A stretch of DNA of 13,206 bases from Armatimonadota bacterium. Lineage in GTDB: Bacteria; Sysuimicrobiota; Sysuimicrobiia; Sysuimicrobiales; Humicultoraceae. Location: positions 1 through 13,206 of the forward strand of contig JBQTJP010000223.1 in assembly GCA_052386995.1 (NCBI GenBank), read 5' to 3'. A program made the position numbers and the translations under genes. The notes beneath the pieces are model-generated. The model saw nothing but the letters and a program-made list of their open reading frames with translations. It had not been told where the DNA came from and ran no database searches. Positions within the stretch are counted from its first letter, which is position 1. The number at the start of each line of letters is the position of its first letter. Shown piece after piece: positions 6,748 to 13,206 of the stretch.

Positions 6748-7251
6748 ATGCAAACCCACAGGCTTGTGCTTGCTGCGCTCTTTGCCGCGCTGCCGGTGGC
6801 GCTGTCCTTCTTTCCGGGGGCGTTTCCTGTTGCCGGTGCCCGGGTGCTTCCCTGGCAGCATACGATCAACGCCGTCGCCGGCGTGCTTATCGGCCCCTGG
6901 TACGCCGCACTGGCGGCGACCGTGGCGGCTATCCTCCGCAACGCGCTTGGTGTAGGAACCCCGCTGGCGTTTCCCGGCGGTATTCCCGGAGCCCTCGTCG
7001 TGGGGTTTGCGTATTTGCTCTGGCGGCGCGACTGGGTGGCACTGCTCGAGCCGATCGGTACCGGGTTCATCGGCGCCACGATAGGTGCGCTCGTCGTTGC
7101 ACCCCAGGTGATGGGGCGGGGGATTCCATTGATGACGCTCATGGGGCTGTTTCTGGCCAGCTCGATTCCCGGCGCGATCCTCGGCTACATCGTGCTGAGA
7201 GCTCTGAAGCGCACCGGCGTCGTCCCGCGGATCTCCGGACGAGAGGTGTAG
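6748..7251 (+). CDS. thiW: ECF S-component ThiW (thiazole precursor transporter)
   Basis: PWQHTINAVAGVLIGPWYA, ILRNALGVGTPLAFPGG, LEPIGTGFIGA, FLASSIPGAILG; hydrophobic. GGAGG SD before ATG 6748. Confidence 0.92.
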   Translation: MQTHRLVLAALFAALPVALSFFPGAFPVAGARVLPWQHTINAVAGVLIGPWYAALAATVAAILRNALGVGTPLAFPGGIPGALVVGFAYLLWRRDWVALLEPIGTGFIGATIGALVVAPQVMGRGIPLMTLMGLFLASSIPGAILGYIVLRALKRTGVVPRISGREV

Positions 7252-7252
7252 A

Positions 7253-8629
7253 ATGGCGGTCCAGGCTCTGAGGCGGGCGCGCGTCGCGTCCCCACCCGAG
7301 TGGGGCATCGAGCCTGTCCCCGCCACCCACCGTTTCCTGGGGTTCCTCGACTACTTCGCGCTGTGGTCCAGCCTGGGCGTCGGACTGCTCGTGCTGCTGG
7401 CGGGAACGCTCCTTGTCCCGGGCTTGGGCTTCACCCAGGCACTGCTGGCCATCGTTATCGGAACGCTCATCGGCAACTTGCTCCTCGCGCTGGCCGGCTC
7501 GATCGGCAGCGATACCGCCGTGCCGACGATGGTCCTGTACCGCCCGGCGCTCGGCATCCGTGGCTCATACCTGGCCACCGTGTTGAACGTCATCCAGCTC
7601 ATCGGCTGGGGAGCCTTTGAAGTCTTCATCATGGGCTCGGGAGCCAGCCGCATCTCAAAGACGCTTTTTGGCGTCGAACTCCTGGTCCCGTGGATGCTGG
7701 TGTTTGCAGCGGTGGCCACGCTGCTCGCGATCGGCGGCCCGCTGCTGGTCGTGCGCAGGTGGCTGAGGCGATTTGCGATCTGGCTGGTCTACGCGTCGGC
7801 ACTCTACCTGACCTGGTACCTCGCGACGCGCTACGATATCCGCGCCCTTCTTGGCGCGCCGGGGGACGGCAAGCTGCCGTTCTGGCTGGGCGTCGATCTC
7901 GTGATCGCCATGCCGGTGTCCTGGCTGCCGCTGGTGGCCGACTACAACAGATTCGCCCGGCACACGGGCGCGGCGTTCTGGGGGACGTACATCGGCTACT
8001 TCGTCGCCAACGTCTGGTTCTACGCGCTGGGCGCGCTCTTCGTACTGGCGCTCAAGACGGCGGATCTCGTCCCGGCCATCATGAGCGTGACGGGAGGATG
8101 GGCCGCGCTGGTCCTGCTGCTGGTCGATGAGACGGACAACGCCTTCGCCAACATCTACTCGACGACGGTCAGCGTTCAGAACATCCTGCCCCGGGCGAGC
8201 CAGCGGTCTCTGGCGGTGCTCGTGGGAGCGATCTGTTTCGTCCTGGCCGCTTCCTTGGACATCGCGCGATACGAGATTTTTCTATTCTTGATTGGGTCGT
8301 TCTTCGTACCGCTGTTTGGTGTCCTGGCCGCGGACTATTTTCTCATCCGGCGGCGCTACGACATCGGCCAATTGTACCGTGAGGGCGGCGCCTACTGGTA
8401 CCGGGGCGGTGTCCACTGGCCCGGTCTTCTGGCATGGGCCATGGGGTTTTTGGTGTATCAGTGGATCGTGCCCACAGGGATTCCTGGCTGGACCACAAGC
8501 CTGGGGTCGGTGTTTCGATGGCTCCACCTGCCGTTTCCCTTGAGCGCTACGCTCCCCTGGCTGGGGGCGTCGGTGCCCAGCTTCCTGGTGCCCCTCATCC
8601 TCTACACTGCGCTGACACGAAAACGGTGA
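7253..8629 (+). CDS. cytX: NCS1-family putative hydroxymethylpyrimidine transporter CytX
   Basis: About 12 hydrophobic segments; LGIRGSYLATVLNVIQLIGW, DLVIAMPVSWLPLVADYNRF, DETDNAFANIYS, IGSFFVPLFGVLAADYF; thiamine operon context. Confidence 0.88.
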   Translation: MAVQALRRARVASPPEWGIEPVPATHRFLGFLDYFALWSSLGVGLLVLLAGTLLVPGLGFTQALLAIVIGTLIGNLLLALAGSIGSDTAVPTMVLYRPALGIRGSYLATVLNVIQLIGWGAFEVFIMGSGASRISKTLFGVELLVPWMLVFAAVATLLAIGGPLLVVRRWLRRFAIWLVYASALYLTWYLATRYDIRALLGAPGDGKLPFWLGVDLVIAMPVSWLPLVADYNRFARHTGAAFWGTYIGYFVANVWFYALGALFVLALKTADLVPAIMSVTGGWAALVLLLVDETDNAFANIYSTTVSVQNILPRASQRSLAVLVGAICFVLAASLDIARYEIFLFLIGSFFVPLFGVLAADYFLIRRRYDIGQLYREGGAYWYRGGVHWPGLLAWAMGFLVYQWIVPTGIPGWTTSLGSVFRWLHLPFPLSATLPWLGASVPSFLVPLILYTALTRKR

Positions 8630-9462
8630 GCGCCTTGCGGGGCGACGACCTGCCCGACCGCATCGGCGATCTCCTGTCGCGGTTGAGAGACCGGCGGCCA
8701 CTGGTGCATCTCATGACCAACCTGGTGACGATGCGCGACGTGGCCGATGCCACGCTGGCCCTGGGCGCGCTGCCGGTGATGGCGCTCGCGGGCGAGGAGG
8801 TCGAAGAGATCGCGTCGGCCTCCCAGGCTCTGGTGCTCAACCTCGGGACGCCCACCGAGGAGCGCGTAGAGGCGATGATCCGCGCGGGACGGGCCGCGGG
8901 CGCGGCCGGCGTTCCCATCATCGTCGATCCCGTTGGCGCGGGGGCGTCGGCGTTTCGGCTGGCAAATGCGCGGCGGGCGCTTGGCGACCTTCGGGTTGCC
9001 ATCGTGCGCGCCAACCCCGGCGAGGCCGCCGCGATCCTCGGCGCCGAGGGGACGATGCGCGGCGTCGAGTCGCACGGTCCCTCGCGCCCGGGAGATGAGC
9101 TCGCCGCGGTACTGGCGCAGACGACCGGCGCGGTCGCGGCCGTCACCGGCGCCCGCGACCACGTCAGCGACGGCCGCCGGCATGTCTCCGTGGAGAATGG
9201 CGATCCGATGCTGGCCAGGATCAGCGGAGGCGGCGATCTGGCGACGGCCATCATCGCGGCGTTCGCGGCGATCGAGCAAGACGCGCTGCTGGCCGCAACC
9301 GCGGGGCTGGCCGCAACCGGCGTGGCCGCGGAGATCGCGGCACAAGGCGCCGGCGGGCCGGGGACATTCAAGGTCGCGGTCATCGACGCGCTCGCGGCAC
9401 TGAGTCCCCAACACCTGGCCGGCAGCGCGCGGATCTCGGTTCGGGACGCGGCGTGGACCTGA
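8626..9462 (+). CDS. thiM: Hydroxyethylthiazole kinase
   Basis: RPLVHLMTNLVT, LALGALPVMA, LVLNLGT, VDPVGAGAS, VRANPGE, RGVES, VTGARDHVSDG, GPGTF. GTG 8626 overlaps the cytX TGA. Confidence 0.95.
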   Translation: MSALRGDDLPDRIGDLLSRLRDRRPLVHLMTNLVTMRDVADATLALGALPVMALAGEEVEEIASASQALVLNLGTPTEERVEAMIRAGRAAGAAGVPIIVDPVGAGASAFRLANARRALGDLRVAIVRANPGEAAAILGAEGTMRGVESHGPSRPGDELAAVLAQTTGAVAAVTGARDHVSDGRRHVSVENGDPMLARISGGGDLATAIIAAFAAIEQDALLAATAGLAATGVAAEIAAQGAGGPGTFKVAVIDALAALSPQHLAGSARISVRDAAWT

Positions 9463-10082
9463 CGTTGTATGTCCTGACCGACCGCGTCATCTCCGGCCGC
9501 CCCCACGAAGAGCAGGCGGAGGCCGCCATTCGCGGTGGCGCAACGGCGGTCCAATTGCGTGAGAAGGCGCTGCCCGCCGGTGACGTTGTCGCCATCGGCC
9601 GGCGCATCGCCGCGATCTGCCGTCGCTTTCGCACCGTGTTCATCGTCAACGATCGTGCCGATATCGCCGCGGAGTGCGGCGCCGATGGTGTGCACGTGGG
9701 CCCAGACGATGTGTCTATCCCATCCGCCCGGAAGATCGTCGGCGCCGGGAGGATCGTGGGCGCCTCAGCCGGGACGATCGAGGAGGCGCGGCGCGCGCAG
9801 GCTCTGGGAGCCGATTACCTCGGCGTGGGGTCGGTGTTCGCCACCTTGACAAAGCCCGACGCGGGAGACCCCCTCGGTGTCGCCCGACTGGGTGAGATCG
9901 TCCGCGCCGTCACGATTCCCGTGGTGGCCATCGGAGGGATTACCGCCGACAACGCCGCCGAGGTCGTGCGCGCCGGCGCCGCCGGCATCGCGGTCATCGC
10001 CGCGGTCGTCGGGCAGGAGGACATCGCCGCCGCGGCTGGGAGACTGCGGGAGCGCATCGATGCCGCACGAGACGGTCGGTGA
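9453..10082 (+). CDS. thiE: Thiamine-phosphate synthase
   Basis: LYVLTD, VQLREK, FIVNDRADIA, DGVHVGPDD, DYLGVGSVFATLTKPDA, PVVAIGGIT. Confidence 0.97.
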   Translation: MDLTLYVLTDRVISGRPHEEQAEAAIRGGATAVQLREKALPAGDVVAIGRRIAAICRRFRTVFIVNDRADIAAECGADGVHVGPDDVSIPSARKIVGAGRIVGASAGTIEEARRAQALGADYLGVGSVFATLTKPDAGDPLGVARLGEIVRAVTIPVVAIGGITADNAAEVVRAGAAGIAVIAAVVGQEDIAAAAGRLRERIDAARDGR

Positions 10083-11082
10083 CGTCGGCGAGTTCGGCCT
10101 GCTGGCGCGCCTCCGGGAGCGTCTGGCCTCGCCATACGTAGGCGACGACGCCGCCGTGCTGCCCATACCCCCGGGGCGGCACCTCCTGGCCACGGTGGAT
10201 GCGCAGGTCGACGGCGTCCACTTTCTGCGGGAGGTGATGACGCCGCAGCAGATCGGACATCGAGCGATCGCTGTGAATGTCAGCGACATCGCGGCCATGG
10301 GTGGAACCCCGCGATATGCCCTGCTGTCTCTGCTGTTGCCGGCCTCGATCGAGACGTCCTGGGTCGAGGCGGTGTACGATGGCGTGCGCGATGAAGCCGC
10401 GCGGTGGGAGATGGTCGTCGCCGGCGGAAACATCAGTCAGAGCGGCGGCCATCTGGTGATCGATGTCACCGTGCTCGGCGACGTTGACCCGGCGCTGGTC
10501 CTGCGCCGCCAGGGTGCGCGGGCCGGCGATGCGCTCCTGGTCACCGGCGACCTGGGCCGCGCGGCTGCGGGATTGCGTCTGCTGCGCGGCGGGGAAGTCG
10601 CCACCCGCGGGCGCGTACCCGGAGGATCCGAGCAGCTGGTGGCGGCCTACTGCACCCCGACCCCTCGGGTGCGGGAAGGTCAGGCGCTCGCGCAGACACG
10701 CGCCGTGCACGCGGCGATGGATCTCAGCGACGGGCTGGCGAGCGACCTCCAGCGGCTGGCAGAGGAGAGCGGCGTCGGGGCCTGCATCGATGCCGCCGCG
10801 TTGCCGATCTCATCTGATGTTCGCGTTGCCGCGGCCGACCTCGGGCTCGATCCGCTCGACCTGGCGCTGCGTGGCGGGGAAGATTTCGAGCTCCTGGTGG
10901 CTGCGCCGCCGGGCGCGCTGAGCCGGCTGACCGCCGCCGTGGGCGCGGTGGGCACACGCCTCTCACGCATCGGTGAGGTGCGGCCCGCGGCCGACGGTGT
11001 CACGGTCCGGCTGGCCGACGGCACCGTCTCCTCTCTGGCAGGAGGCTGGGACCATTTCGTGGGTCGGCGCGAGGTGCGTTGA
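10060..11082 (+). CDS. thiL: Thiamine-monophosphate kinase
   Basis: GEFGLL, GDDAAV, DGVHF, AVNVSDIAAMGG, GGN, VTGDLG, AMDLSDGL, GGEDFELL, GWDHF. ATG 10060 overlaps the end of thiE. Confidence 0.96.
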   Translation: MPHETVGDVGEFGLLARLRERLASPYVGDDAAVLPIPPGRHLLATVDAQVDGVHFLREVMTPQQIGHRAIAVNVSDIAAMGGTPRYALLSLLLPASIETSWVEAVYDGVRDEAARWEMVVAGGNISQSGGHLVIDVTVLGDVDPALVLRRQGARAGDALLVTGDLGRAAAGLRLLRGGEVATRGRVPGGSEQLVAAYCTPTPRVREGQALAQTRAVHAAMDLSDGLASDLQRLAEESGVGACIDAAALPISSDVRVAAADLGLDPLDLALRGGEDFELLVAAPPGALSRLTAAVGAVGTRLSRIGEVRPAADGVTVRLADGTVSSLAGGWDHFVGRREVR

Positions 11083-11882
11083 TGGCGACGAAGCGGGCAC
11101 TGGCGATCGCGGGCTCGGATTCGGGCGGCGGGGCGGGAATCCAGGCAGACCTGAAAACCTTCTCCGCATTGGGCGTGTTCGGGATGACCGCCATCACCGC
11201 GCTGACCGCCCAGAATACGACCGGCGTCTTCGGAGTTGTCGAGATTCCCCCGGAGTTCGTGGCGCAGCAGATCGACGTGGTGGTGACCGATATCGGCGTG
11301 GATGCCGCAAAGACCGGGATGCTGAGCAATGCCGGGATCATCGAGGCCGTGGCCGACCGCGTCCGCCATCACCACATTCCCAACCTGGTCGTCGATCCCG
11401 TGATGATCGCCAAGTCGGGCGCGCCGTTGCTGCATCCGGATGCGATGGACGCGCTCAAGACGATTCTGCTGCCGCTGGCGACGGTGGTGACCCCCAACCT
11501 CCACGAAGGCCAGGCCATCGCCGGAATGACCATTGACACCGTCGACCGCATGCGCGAAGCGGCCCGGCGCATTCACGAACTCGGTCCTCGCGTCGTCGTC
11601 ATCAAGGGCGGGCATCTGCAGGGTGATGCGGAGGACATAGTCTACGACGGGCGGACGTTTACGTCTCTGAGGGAAGCGCGCATTCCGACCCGCCATACGC
11701 ACGGCACGGGCTGTATCTTCGCCGCGGCCATCGCGGCGGAGCTGGCGTTGGGCAAGGATGTCATGGAGGCGATCCCGCGGGCCAAGGCGTTCATCGGCGC
11801 GGCGATCCGCGCGGCCCTGCCCATCGGCCGCGGACACGGACCTGCCAATCCCATGCACGGGACGGTGCCCGCGCTACAATAG
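11082..11882 (+). CDS. thiD: Hydroxymethylpyrimidine/phosphomethylpyrimidine kinase
   Basis: IAGSDSGGGAGIQADLKTF, TAQNT, KTGML, VVDPVM, TPNLHE, IKGGH, THGTGC, IGRGHGP. TGATG overlap with thiL; SD GAGGTG. Confidence 0.97.
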   Translation: MATKRALAIAGSDSGGGAGIQADLKTFSALGVFGMTAITALTAQNTTGVFGVVEIPPEFVAQQIDVVVTDIGVDAAKTGMLSNAGIIEAVADRVRHHHIPNLVVDPVMIAKSGAPLLHPDAMDALKTILLPLATVVTPNLHEGQAIAGMTIDTVDRMREAARRIHELGPRVVVIKGGHLQGDAEDIVYDGRTFTSLREARIPTRHTHGTGCIFAAAIAAELALGKDVMEAIPRAKAFIGAAIRAALPIGRGHGPANPMHGTVPALQ

Positions 11883-11890
11883 GTGTCGCT

Positions 11891-12784
11891 ATGAAACCGG
11901 ATGCCAACGGCGACATGCTCGTCCGCGCGATTGCCGCAGACGGCGCGGTGCTGGCCTGCGTGGCCATCGCGACGGGTGTCACGGAAGAAGCGCGTCTGCG
12001 TCATGGCACGCTGCCCACCGCAACCGCCGCGCTGGGGCGTACCCTCGTCGCCGCGGCGATGCTCGGATCCGGATTGAAGGGGCAGCAGACCGTGATGGTG
12101 CGCGTGCTCGGCGACGGGCCCCTCGGTCCGGTGATCTGCGAAAGCACGGCCGATGGGGCGTTGCGTGGCTATGTCACCAATCCGCAGACCGATCTGGCCC
12201 CGACGCCCGCGCGCAAGCTCGACGTCGGCGGCGCGGTAGGCCGGCGCGGGACGTTCCACGTGACGCGTGATCTGGGTCTGCGCGACCACTACCAGGGGAG
12301 CGTGCCGCTGGTCTCAGGGGAGATCGGGGAAGATCTTGCCGCGTATCTGGTGAACAGCGAACAGGTGCCGTCGGCCGTGACGGTGGGCGTGCTCGTGGGG
12401 CCGGATCACGGCGTGCTGGCCTCAGGCGGGTTGCTCCTTCAAGTGTTGCCGGGCGCGCCCGAGTCGATTCCTGCCTATCTCGAGCAGCGCGTCAAAGGCC
12501 TGCCCCCAATCACCACGATCGTCGCAGACGGCGCGTCCCCCGAGGAAATGCTCCAGGACGCCCTGGGCGACCTGTCGCTCTCGGTGCTCGAACGGCGTCC
12601 CATGCGGTTTGCCTGCCGGTGCAGCGCGCAAAAGGTGACCGAGGTGATCGCCGCGCTGGGACGCGACGAAGGCGAGCGGCTGTTGCGCGAGGAAGGACGT
12701 GTGGAAGTGCAGTGCCGGTTTTGTGGAGAGCGCTACGTCCTCGATGCTGGGGACGTCGACGCGGTCTTTCCGCAGCAGACGTAG
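11891..12784 (+). CDS. hslO: Hsp33 redox-regulated chaperone
   Basis: ATAALGR, GDGPLG, LRGYVTNP, YQGSVPLVSGEIGEDLAAYLVNSEQVPS, GGLLLQVLPGA, zinc motif CRC...CRFC. Confidence 0.97.
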   Translation: MKPDANGDMLVRAIAADGAVLACVAIATGVTEEARLRHGTLPTATAALGRTLVAAAMLGSGLKGQQTVMVRVLGDGPLGPVICESTADGALRGYVTNPQTDLAPTPARKLDVGGAVGRRGTFHVTRDLGLRDHYQGSVPLVSGEIGEDLAAYLVNSEQVPSAVTVGVLVGPDHGVLASGGLLLQVLPGAPESIPAYLEQRVKGLPPITTIVADGASPEEMLQDALGDLSLSVLERRPMRFACRCSAQKVTEVIAALGRDEGERLLREEGRVEVQCRFCGERYVLDAGDVDAVFPQQT

Positions 12785-12810
12785 CCGCGGGCCCGCCTCG
12801 GCGGGGACGT

Positions 12811-13002
12811 CTAGACGGCGCGGACCGCGCGCCGGGACTTCAGGCAGGTCGTGCAGACGTGTGCCCGCCGCCGCGCGCCGCCGATCATGACCCGCACCTT
12901 CTGGAGATTCGGGAGAAAGCGTCGATGCGACCGCACGTGTGAGTGGCTGAGGCTGTAGCCTGACGCTGGGGATTTCCCGCAGATCGCACACCGTCGTGCC
13001 AT
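12811..13002 (-). CDS. rpmB: 50S ribosomal protein bL28 (zinc-binding form)
   Basis: MARRCAICGKSPASGYSLSHSHVRSHRRFLPNLQKVR...VCTTCLKS, 63 aa. SD GAGGTG (minus strand, 13007-13012) before ATG at 13002. Confidence 0.96.
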   Translation of the reverse strand: MARRCAICGKSPASGYSLSHSHVRSHRRFLPNLQKVRVMIGGARRRAHVCTTCLKSRRAVRAV

Positions 13003-13046
13003 TGCGCACCTCACGACCCGCGCGCGTCGCGCCGGGCAACGGCGGG

Positions 13047-13075
13047 ATTGTACCATGAGCCACCCGGCCCCGCAA
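13047..13075 (-). promoter_or_regulatory. Sigma70 promoter of rpmB
   Basis: On the minus strand: TTGCGG (13075-13070), 17 nt, TACAAT (13052-13047) with an extended TG (TGGTACAAT). Confidence 0.75.
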
Positions 13076-13114
13076 CGCCGCGAATCGCGCCGCCTAAAAT
13101 CTTACCCAAGGGGC

Positions 13115-13206
13115 TATCGTCGCGTCACGAAAGATCTTACCCGAGCAGACATCGCTCTCGGAGGACCCCCATGAGCCCCCAGTCGCGGCATGAGTACCTG
13201 GCCCTG
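13115..13206 (+). mobile_element. Possible left end of an insertion sequence and start of its transposase
   Basis: TATCGTCGCGTCACGAAAGATCTTACC followed by SD GGAGG (13160-13164) and ORF start MSPQSRHEYLAL at 13171. From memory this resembles the MSxxSRxEYL start and ends of integrase-core (rve) transposases. Only 12 codons are visible. Confidence 0.45.

Noticed and set aside
8595..11858. Long minus-strand ORFs of 222-392 aa across the thi genes
   Set aside because: Low-complexity Ala/Ser/Pro/Arg antisense frames over clear thiM, thiE, thiL and thiD.
12785..12810. Hairpin CCCGC-CTCG-GCGGG between convergent hslO and rpmB (similar one at 6183-6205)
   Set aside because: Short GC stems with no U-tract on either strand; cannot be supported as terminators.
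1..13206. CRISPR array, tRNA or rRNA genes
   Set aside because: No regularly spaced repeats or tRNA/rRNA signatures seen; intergenic spaces are short and otherwise explained.

Overview
High-GC bacterial chromosomal window of mostly recognisable housekeeping and metabolic genes. In order: the 3' end of a methylmalonyl-CoA-mutase-type substrate-binding subunit, separated from its B12-binding subunit by an alpha/beta hydrolase and a Uma2-type nuclease; trmI; a unit behind a near-consensus sigma70 promoter (SRPBCC protein, an unlisted 48-aa prepilin-like membrane peptide, DegT aminotransferase, Gfo/Idh/MocA dehydrogenase); a stand-alone Lrp/AsnC ligand-binding protein; a TPP-riboswitch-controlled thiamine salvage operon (thiW-cytX-thiM-thiE-thiL-thiD) followed by hslO; a convergent rpmB; and possibly the left end of an IS at the right edge. 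No clearly new system is proven. The best leads are the SRPBCC/micro-prepilin/amino-sugar unit with its switch-like intergenic RNA, a decayed second copy of the mutase 3' end marking an insertion, and a ThiM with Asp at the usual catalytic Cys. All family calls come from motif recognition by eye; no searches were run.
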